In this document: one piece after another, positions 1 to 7,892 of the stretch
Numbering within the stretch: position 1 is the stretch's first letter
How the letters are laid out: each line of letters starts with the position of its first letter
Assembly (NCBI GenBank): GCA_017394835.1
Contig: JAFPXD010000003.1
Span: forward strand, 13,691-77,690
Source of the DNA: Clostridia bacterium
GTDB lineage: Bacteria > Bacillota > Clostridia > Christensenellales > CAG-138
Length of the DNA stretch: 64,000 nt
Direction: 5' to 3'
Made by a program: the position numbers and the translations under genes
The notes under the pieces: generated by a model
Told to the model about the DNA's origin: nothing
What the model saw: the letters and a program-made list of their open reading frames with translations, nothing else
The model's database searches: none

Positions 1-7
1 CAGCTCT

Positions 8-33
8 AGCAGGTCGAAAGGCCTGCTTTTTTT
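8..33 (+). terminator. Rho-independent terminator of an off-window upstream + strand gene
   Basis: AGCAGGTC-GAAA-GGCCTGCT hairpin (8 bp including one G-U, GAAA tetraloop) followed directly by a T7 tract. Confidence 0.75.
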
Positions 34-127
34 GCCCCGTTTGGGTAAATGTTTGGGTAAATTTGATTTCAGACAAAAAGCAAAAAAAGAGCAACCCCGA
101 AAAGCCAAAGGTTTTCCGGGGTTTTTG

Positions 128-203
128 TGGAGCTGGTGAGCAGATTCGGACTGCCTACCTCTTCATTACCAATGAAGTGCTCTACCTACTGAGCTACACC
201 AGC
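128..203 (-). tRNA. tRNA-Thr (anticodon GGU), CCA encoded
   Basis: The reverse complement reads GCTGGTGTAGCTCAGTAGGTAGAGCACTTCATTGGTAATGAAGAGGTAGGCAGTCCGAATCTGCTCACCAGCTCCA. It has a 7-bp acceptor stem GCTGGTG/CACCAGC, a D-loop with GG, an anticodon stem CTTCA/TGAAG with loop TTGGTAA, a 5-nt variable loop and a T-arm GGCAG/CTGCT. The T-loop is TCCGAAT, so position 55 is C rather than U. Confidence 0.85.
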
Positions 204-225
204 ACGCCGTCAAGCGACGGGAATT

Positions 226-254
226 ATTATAGCGAATACCCGACAAAAAAGCAA
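226..254 (-). promoter_or_regulatory. Candidate sigma-70-type promoter for the tRNA-Thr gene
   Basis: On the minus strand the sequence is TTGCTT, 17 nt, TATAAT. The -10 element ends about 22 nt upstream of tRNA position 1. Confidence 0.5.
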
Positions 255-380
255 CCCCTTTTTCGGCCCTCGGTGCAATATATTTTAATCTGCTGTGCCG
301 AGGGACTGCTTCGGGGGGCGTTATTCCCCGCCGCACCGCTGTTTTTGCGACGATTATACAAAATATTTACATACGGCGTA

Positions 381-409
381 TTGCATTCAACCGTCCGATG
401 TTGTAAAAT
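381..409 (+). promoter_or_regulatory. Candidate promoter of the DUF1292 gene
   Basis: TTGCAT (381-386), 17 nt, TAAAAT (404-409). It lies about 35 nt upstream of the RBS and ATG at 443. Confidence 0.55.
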
Positions 410-442
410 CTTATAGATAACTACCGAAAGGAGATAATAATC

Positions 443-817
443 ATGGACGAAGAAAGAGATTTCGTCGTATTTACCGACGAGGACGGCAACGAGTTCGAGC
501 TCGACGTCATCACCTACTTCGATTATAAGGACAACGAGTACGCCATCCTTGCCGACTGCAACCCCGAGTGCGGCTGTGAGGACGAGGAGTGCGAGGACGA
601 GGGCCTTTACATCATGCGCATAATCGTCAGCGAAGACGGTCAGACCGAGGAATTCGTTCCCCCCGAGGATGAGGACATGGACGCTCTTGTTGAGCTTGCC
701 GAGAAGGTCCTTTCCGAGGATTGCTGCTGCGATTGTGAAGACTGCGACTGTGAAGAGGGCGACTGCGGGTGCGAAGAGCACGAGCATGACTGCCACTGCG
801 GCTGCAAGCACGACTGA
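443..817 (+). CDS. DUF1292-like small acidic protein with Cys-rich insert and Cys/His-rich C-terminal tail
   Basis: The N-terminus FVVFTDEDGNEFELDVITYFDY..NEYAILAD...LYIMRI resembles the DUF1292 family. RBS GAAAGGAG lies 9 nt upstream of the ATG. The tail is EDCCCDCEDCDCEEGDCGCEEHEHDCHCGCKHD, and the protein has 15 Cys in 124 aa. Confidence 0.75.
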   Translation: MDEERDFVVFTDEDGNEFELDVITYFDYKDNEYAILADCNPECGCEDEECEDEGLYIMRIIVSEDGQTEEFVPPEDEDMDALVELAEKVLSEDCCCDCEDCDCEEGDCGCEEHEHDCHCGCKHD

Positions 818-833
818 TCAAGGTTTAACACGC

Positions 834-866
834 AAACACGGCGCGGGGTCCCGCGCCGTGTTTTTT
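834..866. terminator. Intrinsic terminator between convergent genes (DUF1292 + / M48-like -)
   Basis: CACGGCGCGG-GGTC-CCGCGCCGTG is a 10-bp GC-rich stem. It is flanked by an A-run upstream and T6 downstream, so it could work in both directions. Confidence 0.8.
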
Positions 867-879
867 GATGCAAAATCAT

Positions 880-2973
880 TTATTTTTCCTTTTCGAATAC
901 GAGCGCGCCTTCTATTTTATCTATGCCGGCGGAGGCGGCCTCGTCCCAAGTGAACAGGGAATACTGCCAATCGCTGACCGTATCGAGATAATTGAATATC
1001 CTTTCCAATATCTCGTTCTGCTTTTCCCATTCCGTGCCCTTTTCGAACTTCACGACGTAAGCGCTCGTGAAAAAGCCGTTTGGGATAGTCTTTCTTACAA
1101 GATAAAGCTTTTCTATCAGGCCTTCGCCCGCTTTCAGGATAAAGCTCACGTCCCTGCCGAGCGCACCTTCGGGAAGCTGCTCAGCACGCAGATCGTCGCC
1201 GCGCTTAAGATCGGCGATCATGTCGTACTCGTCGGCATGCTTCTGCATAAGCTCCATGCTTTTCTCACGGTAACGCGTAAGCTCCTCATCGTTTCCAACA
1301 CGGCAGCAGTAGGAGCCGATCTCATCGAGAGCCAAATCTATGTAATTCTGGTTATGCTCCATTGCGCAGTAAAGCAGCTCTATGCCCGCCTCGTCGTAGC
1401 GGTGCAGGAGCATACGGCCTTTGGTAAAGCAGGCAAAGCCCCGCGCTTCTTCGGGAAGCGCGTTCATCGCTCTGTCGCAAAGGGCTTCCGCCTCGTCCGT
1501 CATGCCGAGATCGGTCATCGCTTCAACTATTACGCGATAACCCTCGGGAGTCAGGGGCTCCCCCTCCTCCTTCCATTTTTCCAAGGTCTCAAGAGGTTTT
1601 TCGTGTTGGATCCTGCGGGCTTCGCCGTAGTTTTCAAGGCGTTCATCGCGGATCGATACATCGCAGTGCTTTATAGCCTTCGCCTGTTCCGCGGCAAGAT
1701 CGGCTCCCGCAGGGACGTCTGAGGTCTCGATATTGCTCACACCGAGCGCTTCAAGACGCATGGCGAGAGTGGGATGCGTAGCCGTACGCGAAAGGATCTC
1801 CTTTGGAATGAGTGTGTTCCAGAACTCCTTTCTTTCGGCAACTGTTTTGATGAAGCTCTCGATCTCTTTTGTCGCCTCGTCGTGAGCGGGCTCATCCCCC
1901 GCGTAACGGTCGCAGCCGCGGCTGAATGCTTCTTCATAGAGATAATAGTCTGTATAAGCGACCTTTATGAGTGCGGAAGCCGCAGTCCCCTTATCTGTCA
2001 GTTCGGTCATCGCCCTGTCGGCCTCCTGCTCGAAAAGCAGCGATGAGGCGAAGCGATACATCTCATGCTTAAAGCTGTAATCGGAATCGATCTTGGCAAA
2101 TAGCATTCCCGATGGCGCGGCAAGGATGCTGTCGATAAATGAGGAATACCGAGTCAGATAGGGCTTTTCGGGATCGTTCTTTTCTTCATTGATGACATGA
2201 GAAAACTCATGGCAGAATATGCTTTTGAGCTCGTCTTCGTTCATCTGCACGAGCGAATAAAGCCCCACGCCGAGCAGCACGGCGTCATGCATCTTTATAA
2301 CGCCTACGTTCCCATTCGGAAGTATCGCAATGCGGAGCGGGCATTTCAGCCCCATTGCAGCCGCAGCTTCCTCCGCCAAAGAACAGAGCTTCGGATAATC
2401 GGCATTTTTAATGAAGTTCCTGTCATCAGTTATTAAATCGAGGGGCATTTCCATGGGGATGCGGATAAGGACGCTTGCGAAGAGCGCCGCGGGATACAGG
2501 CAGATGAGGACCCCGGGGAACTTACCTTCCGTGAGCACTCCGCAGAGGAACGCAGTCCCCGCCGCGATCAAAAAGAGGAACGCCGCAAGCATGGTCCCCT
2601 TCCTTCTGAGGCGCCTCATTTCGGATTTGGTCTCCTCCATCCTTTCCGATGCGCCGTTCCGCTCCTTGATAATGAGATCGCGCACCTCTGTTATGCGCAT
2701 GGAGCCGATCCTGTTATTCGTTTTTTTATAGGCGAGCATGCTCCACATTCCCACGGCGATGGGGATGAGGCAAAGCGCAGCAAATACGGCGATGAATACG
2801 CCTCGGCGCTCGGAATAATGCATCGCATCCCGAGCGGCAATGCCGAGAATACATAACCCCATTGCAAGCAGCAATGACAGGACGGTTATCAGAAACCCTC
2901 TTCTTCCTATCTTTCTTTGGGTCTTATCGGGCTTCCCCTTATGGCTTTCGGCGTTCTTGATCTCTTTTGACAT
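880..2973 (-). CDS. Membrane-anchored HExxH zinc metallopeptidase (M48/M56-like) with long helical C-terminal region
   Basis: The ORF is 697 aa. The first ~170 aa contain about four hydrophobic TM segments. There is a FCHEFSHVINEE (HExxH) motif, followed by about 400 aa of helical, repeat-like sequence. The family assignment is by motif only. Confidence 0.6.
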   Translation of the reverse strand: MSKEIKNAESHKGKPDKTQRKIGRRGFLITVLSLLLAMGLCILGIAARDAMHYSERRGVFIAVFAALCLIPIAVGMWSMLAYKKTNNRIGSMRITEVRDLIIKERNGASERMEETKSEMRRLRRKGTMLAAFLFLIAAGTAFLCGVLTEGKFPGVLICLYPAALFASVLIRIPMEMPLDLITDDRNFIKNADYPKLCSLAEEAAAAMGLKCPLRIAILPNGNVGVIKMHDAVLLGVGLYSLVQMNEDELKSIFCHEFSHVINEEKNDPEKPYLTRYSSFIDSILAAPSGMLFAKIDSDYSFKHEMYRFASSLLFEQEADRAMTELTDKGTAASALIKVAYTDYYLYEEAFSRGCDRYAGDEPAHDEATKEIESFIKTVAERKEFWNTLIPKEILSRTATHPTLAMRLEALGVSNIETSDVPAGADLAAEQAKAIKHCDVSIRDERLENYGEARRIQHEKPLETLEKWKEEGEPLTPEGYRVIVEAMTDLGMTDEAEALCDRAMNALPEEARGFACFTKGRMLLHRYDEAGIELLYCAMEHNQNYIDLALDEIGSYCCRVGNDEELTRYREKSMELMQKHADEYDMIADLKRGDDLRAEQLPEGALGRDVSFILKAGEGLIEKLYLVRKTIPNGFFTSAYVVKFEKGTEWEKQNEILERIFNYLDTVSDWQYSLFTWDEAASAGIDKIEGALVFEKEK

Positions 2974-3078
2974 TTCGCTTCCCTTTCTTGACCTGCTGTG
3001 CTTTTACATTATAGCATCCGCTTACGGACAAATCAACTTTTTCAAATGTCGCAGACCGGTTTTATACTATGGGTAGGG

Positions 3079-3107
3079 TTGACAAGCGGGCAAAATATCA
3101 ATATAAT
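3079..3107 (+). promoter_or_regulatory. Consensus sigma-70-type promoter of the topoisomerase B-subunit gene
   Basis: TTGACA (3079-3084), 17 nt, TATAAT (3102-3107). Confidence 0.7.
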
Positions 3108-3151
3108 GTATTTGGTGTATTGTACGCATAATATGATCATCAAGGTGAAAC

Positions 3152-5116
3152 ATGGAACACAATTATTCGGTAAGCGACATAAAGGTAATGGAAGGGCTTG
3201 AGGCCGTAAGGGTAAGGCCCGGCATGTATATCGGTTCAACGGGCACGCGCGGCCTTCATCATCTGCTTTGGGAGATAGTCGATAACTCCGTTGACGAGGC
3301 GGCGAACGGCTTTGCCGATACCGTCACCGTCACATTGGAGCGGGACGGCTCCGTGACAGTTGAAGACAACGGCCGAGGCATCCCCGTCGGCATCCACGAA
3401 AAGCTCGGCGTTTCGGGCGTCGAGGTGGTTTTCACTCAGCTCCACGCGGGCGGCAAATTCGGGAACGCCAGCTATTCATATTCCGGCGGTCTGCACGGCG
3501 TGGGCGCTTCCGTTGTGAACGCGCTTTCGACCGAGGTAAAGGTAGAGGTAGCGACGGGCGGCAAGCTTTACGAAATGAGCTTCCACAGCTACCGTGATGA
3601 AAAGGGCGAGATGCATTCGGGCGTCCCCGTAAAGCCCTTGGAGGAGGTCGGCCGCACGCGCCGCCAGGGCACGAAGGTCAATTTCAAGCCCGATCCCGAG
3701 GTGTTCGAGACGGTCGAAATGAATTTCGGCATTATAGCGAGGCGCCTGCGCGAGCTTGCTTATCTTAACAAATCCGTAAGGTTCAAGCTTACGGATCTTC
3801 GTGAGCGCGGCAACGCGAAGGAGCTCGAATACTATTTCGAAGGCGGTATCTGCGATTTCGTCAAATATCTGAACGATGATAAGGTGCCCCTCTATCCCGA
3901 GCCCATCTATATCTCGGGAAAGAAGGATAATATAGTCGTTGAGATCGCCATGCAGCATACCGACGGCTATTCCGAAAACGTATTCTCTTACGTCAACAAC
4001 ATTCCCACCACGGAGGGCGGCACCCATGAAACGGGCTTCCGCGCTTCGCTTACGAAGGTGATGAACGATTACTGCCGCAAGATCGGGCTTTTGAAGGAGA
4101 AGGACGCTTCGCTTTCCGGCGACGATTTCCGCGAAGGTCTTACCGCCGTTATATCGCTCCGGATGCAGAACATACAGTTCGAGGGGCAGACAAAGACCAA
4201 GCTCGGCAATACCGAGGCTCGCCCCGCAGTGGAATCCGTTATGGCGGATATGCTCCCGCCCATATTGGAGGATCTGAAGAACGCGGAGCTTTCCGCAATG
4301 ATAGCGGATAAGGCCGTGAAGGCCGCCAAGGCGCGCGAGGCGGCAAGGCGGGCGAAGAACATGGCGCGCGAAAAGTCAAAGCTCGAAAACGCGCCCCTTG
4401 TCGGCAAGCTTTCAAGCTGCACGGGGCGCGATCCCAAACAGAACGAATTGTTCATAGTCGAGGGTGATTCCGCGGGCGGCTCGGCAAAATCCGGGCGCGA
4501 CCGCCGCTTCCAGGCTATCCTTCCCCTGCGCGGAAAGGTCCTTAACGTAGAGAAAAAGCGTATCGAACAGGTATTGGAAAACGAGGAGCTGCGCTCGCTC
4601 ATAACCGCTCTCGGCACAGGCATTGGCGAGGATTTCAATATCGACAACCTGAAGTACGATAAGGTCATTATCCTTTCCGATGCCGATCAGGACGGCGGGC
4701 ACATAAGGGCGCTGCTTCTGACCTTCTTCTACCGCTACACGAAGGGGCTCATCACCGACGGGCACATTTATATAGGTCAGCCGCCCCTCTACAAGGTGCA
4801 GAAGGGCAACGACGCCATTTACTGCATGGACGATAAGAAGCTTGCCGAGGTCACGAAGGGGCTTCGCGGCTACACCCTGCAGAGATACAAGGGCCTTGGC
4901 GAGATGAATCCCGAGCAGCTTTGGGAGACCACAATGGATCCCAAAAACCGCACGCTCGTACGCGTCTCGATAGATGACGCCGCAAACGTGGAGCATCTTG
5001 TAACTCTGCTGATGGGCGATAAGGTCGGCCCCCGCAAGGAATACATTTCCGAATTTGCCGATTTCAACAAGAGCGATTCCTTCACCGATAAGGCGAAGCT
5101 CGATCAGAAGGATTGA
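3152..5116 (+). CDS. Type IIA DNA topoisomerase subunit B (GyrB/ParE family)
   Basis: Motifs seen: LEAVRVRPGMYIGS, WEIVDNSVDEA, HAGGKF...YSGGLHGVGASVVNALS, the Toprim motif ELFIVEGDSAGGSAK, and PLRGKVLNVE. GyrB and ParE cannot be told apart by eye, and no A subunit is adjacent. Confidence 0.95.
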   Translation: MEHNYSVSDIKVMEGLEAVRVRPGMYIGSTGTRGLHHLLWEIVDNSVDEAANGFADTVTVTLERDGSVTVEDNGRGIPVGIHEKLGVSGVEVVFTQLHAGGKFGNASYSYSGGLHGVGASVVNALSTEVKVEVATGGKLYEMSFHSYRDEKGEMHSGVPVKPLEEVGRTRRQGTKVNFKPDPEVFETVEMNFGIIARRLRELAYLNKSVRFKLTDLRERGNAKELEYYFEGGICDFVKYLNDDKVPLYPEPIYISGKKDNIVVEIAMQHTDGYSENVFSYVNNIPTTEGGTHETGFRASLTKVMNDYCRKIGLLKEKDASLSGDDFREGLTAVISLRMQNIQFEGQTKTKLGNTEARPAVESVMADMLPPILEDLKNAELSAMIADKAVKAAKAREAARRAKNMAREKSKLENAPLVGKLSSCTGRDPKQNELFIVEGDSAGGSAKSGRDRRFQAILPLRGKVLNVEKKRIEQVLENEELRSLITALGTGIGEDFNIDNLKYDKVIILSDADQDGGHIRALLLTFFYRYTKGLITDGHIYIGQPPLYKVQKGNDAIYCMDDKKLAEVTKGLRGYTLQRYKGLGEMNPEQLWETTMDPKNRTLVRVSIDDAANVEHLVTLLMGDKVGPRKEYISEFADFNKSDSFTDKAKLDQKD

Positions 5117-5775
5117 TCCTCTATCCTCTCCAGCGCGGAGATGCTGATCTCATAGGCCGTACGCTGCTCGACTGAACCGTCGGGCAGCGTTTTTTGATAC
5201 TCGCGCGACTGCATTCGCCCTCTTATGAGGAGCATATCGTTCACCGAAAGCTCTCCCGCATAGCGGGCGTTCCTCCCCCATGCTATGCAGGGAAGATAAT
5301 CGCTCTTGCCGTAGCGCCGGCCGACGGCAAGCAGTATATCCGCTATCTCGCGTGAAAAGGGAGTCGTGCGGTAGATCACGGGCTTGCAGATCCTGCCTAT
5401 GAGCTCCGTCTCGTTAACGTCCTCTTCTGCATATTGAGCTTCGCATTCTTCGGGCTCCGCCGCCGGAGGCGCTTCCGGGAATTCTATCTCCCTTGCGAAT
5501 ACCGTTATAATGAGATGGCTGCCCGTTTCGTCATGCCTGTTATAGGAGCGGATCTGCCCCGTTATACTCACGCGGGTCCCCGGCTCCGTGGGGTGTTCCT
5601 CCGCCGTGCCCAAAAGGCGCTCCGATACCGTGACCGGGAGCTCGTCGCATACGCCGGAAAGCCTTACGGCCTTGACCGTCATGCGGTAAAACGCTTCGCC
5701 AAGCAGGGTGTGATCGTAAACGGGCGGCTCCGAAACGGTGCCCGTAAGCTTCATCGTGTTGACGCCGGAATTCAT
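5104..5775 (-). CDS. Tandem OB-fold single-stranded-DNA-binding (SSB/PriB-like) protein
   Basis: Two internally similar halves (…VTVSERLL…ITGQIRSYN…ITVFAREIEF and …LPCIAWGRNA…IRGRMQSREY…AYEISISALE) are joined by an acidic/Pro linker. The ORF track starts at GTG 5865 with no RBS. ATG 5775 is preceded by GGAAAGGAATGGGAAAG, so I trimmed the start to it. Confidence 0.55.
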   Translation of the reverse strand: MNSGVNTMKLTGTVSEPPVYDHTLLGEAFYRMTVKAVRLSGVCDELPVTVSERLLGTAEEHPTEPGTRVSITGQIRSYNRHDETGSHLIITVFAREIEFPEAPPAAEPEECEAQYAEEDVNETELIGRICKPVIYRTTPFSREIADILLAVGRRYGKSDYLPCIAWGRNARYAGELSVNDMLLIRGRMQSREYQKTLPDGSVEQRTAYEISISALERIEDQSF

Positions 5776-5889
5776 TTCTTTCCCATTCCTTTCCAAATCG
5801 GGATGTTTCATCAGTAAATAGTATTCGCGTTTCGCGCAGTTAGAATAACGAAAAAGGCGCCCCACAAAGACTTGGGGCGCCGCTTGGGC

Positions 5890-6102
5890 TCAATCCTCTT
5901 CTTCCCTATCGTTTCTGTTCGCAAAGAACACGGCGGCAAGGAGCGGGTCTTCCTTCATTTTGGCAAGCTCTTCACGGCTCATCACCGAATCGGTGCCAAG
6001 GCAGTCGCGGCACCGCGAAAAGCACTCGGGACATATACAGCCGAGCTTGCCATCCTCCGCCTGGACCATATAGGTCCCGCATTCACGACACATACAACGC
6101 AT
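5890..6102 (-). CDS. Small 8-Cys zinc-ribbon-like protein (70 aa)
   Basis: The sequence MRCMCRECG…GCICPECFSRCRDCLG has four CxxC-type pairs. A strong RBS, AAGGAG, lies 7 nt upstream of the ATG inside the 3' end of the HAD gene. The C-terminus is acidic. Confidence 0.7.
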   Translation of the reverse strand: MRCMCRECGTYMVQAEDGKLGCICPECFSRCRDCLGTDSVMSREELAKMKEDPLLAAVFFANRNDREEED

Positions 6103-6106
6103 GAGA

Positions 6107-6748
6107 TCACTCCTTAAAAACCGATTCTATTATCGCGGGAAGCTCGTAAAAGGAGCTTATCGCGCGTTCCGCGGCGAATTCGCCGCCGAAGCCGTATGCG
6201 GCTCTTATGAATGGGACTCCCGCCTCACGGGCAGCCCGCCCGTCCCTTTCGGTATCGCCGACGTAAACGGCTTTTTTTAAGCCGTCTCGCTCAACCACGA
6301 GCCTTATGTTATCGCCCTTATGGAGCCCCGTGCGGCCTATGCACTCAATATCCTTTATCAGCGCGGAAAGGCCGTAAAAGTTTATGAAGGACTGGATATA
6401 CCCATCCTGACAGTTGGAAACGATGAATAGAGGGTATTCTTCCGCGAGCACGGGCAAAAGCTCTAGCACGCCGGGGAAAACCTCGCCGCCGTAAAGATTC
6501 AAAAGGCGGTTTTCCTCCTCACAGCATTCATCGAGTATCCTTGCGCGGCGCACAGGCTCGATAAACGGGATCAGCGCCTCCCCTATCTCCGGCACCGTCC
6601 GGCCCATCATGACGGCCATGCGCTCGGGCGTAAGCTCGAGATCGACGCCGTTCCTTTTGAACACGGTGTTCCATGCGATACCGACCTGATAGGATGAATC
6701 CCACAGGGTGCCGTCGAGATCGAAAATAATTCCGCAGTCTTTTTTCAT
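6107..6748 (-). CDS. HAD-superfamily hydrolase (phosphoglycolate-phosphatase-like)
   Basis: It has the HAD motif I IIFDLDGTLWDS, a motif II IVSN, and GDTERD near the C-terminus. Confidence 0.85.
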   Translation of the reverse strand: MKKDCGIIFDLDGTLWDSSYQVGIAWNTVFKRNGVDLELTPERMAVMMGRTVPEIGEALIPFIEPVRRARILDECCEEENRLLNLYGGEVFPGVLELLPVLAEEYPLFIVSNCQDGYIQSFINFYGLSALIKDIECIGRTGLHKGDNIRLVVERDGLKKAVYVGDTERDGRAAREAGVPFIRAAYGFGGEFAAERAISSFYELPAIIESVFKE

Positions 6749-6749
6749 A

Positions 6750-7892
6750 TCACTGATCCATGAATTTGAGCAGCGCCTCGTTCTGGAAATCGAGCCCGCG
6801 GCGATTTAAGCGGAGGCTTTCCTCCGTCACCTCTATCATCCCGTCAAGCTCCAGCTCCGCTATCGCGGGGGCGTATTCCGTGACGGGATCGACGTTAAAG
6901 CGCGCTTGGAATTCGGAGCGGCTTATACCATTTATCTTGCGTAAGCCGAGCATCACCGTTTCAAACATTTCCTCTTGCTTCTCGATCTTCTGAGTATTGC
7001 GGACGGGCAGCTTCCCCTCGCCCACCTCGTTTATGTATTCCGAAAGGTTTTCCGTATTATTGAAGCGGGTCCAGTCGCCCTTTAAGCGGAGCGCTGAATG
7101 GGAATTGAGGCCGAGCCCCAGATACTCGCCGTTATCCCAATAATTGAGGTTGTGGCGGCACTCAAAGCCGGGCTTTGCGAAATTGCTTATCTCATAGCGC
7201 GCGAACCCGTTTTCTTCGAGGAAGGCGATGCCATCGTCCTGCATATCGGCCGCATCGTCGGGATCGGGAAGGGTCTCCCTGCCCGCGTTCACGTCATCAA
7301 ACAGGGGCGTGCCTTCCTCCAAAATGAGCGAATAGGAGGAGATATGCGGAATGCCGAGCGAAACGAGGAGCCGAAGGGTATCCATATAGTCCTCCCGCTT
7401 CTGTCCGGGGAGGGCATGCATGACGTCGGCGTTTATGTTGGTAAAGCCGACCTTCCGCGCCGTATTTACGGCCTTCATGAAGTCCGCCTTGGTATGAACG
7501 CGGCCAAGCCTTCTGAGCAGCGCGTCGGAAGCGGACTGGAGGCCGATCGAAAGGCGGTTCACGCCCGCTTCGATGAGCTCGCGGAGCTTTTCTTCCGATG
7601 CGGATTCGGGATTCGCTTCGCAGGTGATCTCCGCATCCGGCGCTATATCAAAGCGGTTTTTAAGCTCCGAAAGGAGGTGCCCGAGCTTGCCTTCCGATAA
7701 TACGGTGGGCGTGCCTCCGCCGATGAATACCGTATCGAAGCGTTTATCCTTCATAAGAGGCGCGTAAAGGCGCATCTCGCTTATGAGGGCGAGATAGTAC
7801 AGATCCTCGCGGGAAGAATCCGCAAAGCTCACAAAATCGCAGTAGCGGCACTTTTTCCTGCAAAAGGGTATGTGGATATAGAGCCCCGCCAT
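6750..7892 (-). CDS. hemW: Radical SAM family heme chaperone HemW (HemN-like, oxygen-independent coproporphyrinogen oxidase-like)
   Basis: It has the YIHIPFCRKKCRYCDF radical-SAM cluster motif. It lies immediately downstream of lepA with a 1-nt overlap, which is the conserved lepA-hemW arrangement. Confidence 0.9.
   Translation of the reverse strand: MAGLYIHIPFCRKKCRYCDFVSFADSSREDLYYLALISEMRLYAPLMKDKRFDTVFIGGGTPTVLSEGKLGHLLSELKNRFDIAPDAEITCEANPESASEEKLRELIEAGVNRLSIGLQSASDALLRRLGRVHTKADFMKAVNTARKVGFTNINADVMHALPGQKREDYMDTLRLLVSLGIPHISSYSLILEEGTPLFDDVNAGRETLPDPDDAADMQDDGIAFLEENGFARYEISNFAKPGFECRHNLNYWDNGEYLGLGLNSHSALRLKGDWTRFNNTENLSEYINEVGEGKLPVRNTQKIEKQEEMFETVMLGLRKINGISRSEFQARFNVDPVTEYAPAIAELELDGMIEVTEESLRLNRRGLDFQNEALLKFMDQ

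Noticed and set aside
63-416. A 117-aa + strand ORF spanning the tRNA-Thr region, and the overlapping 194-aa minus-strand ORF at 227-811.
   Set aside because: The first runs straight through a well-formed tRNA gene and its promoter. The second is antisense to the DUF1292 gene. Neither has an RBS or a recognisable motif.
1-900. A possible integrated mobile element next to tRNA-Thr, since tRNA genes are common integration sites.
   Set aside because: There is no integrase, no direct repeat of the tRNA 3' end, and no phage or plasmid genes. The flanking genes are ordinary chromosomal ones.
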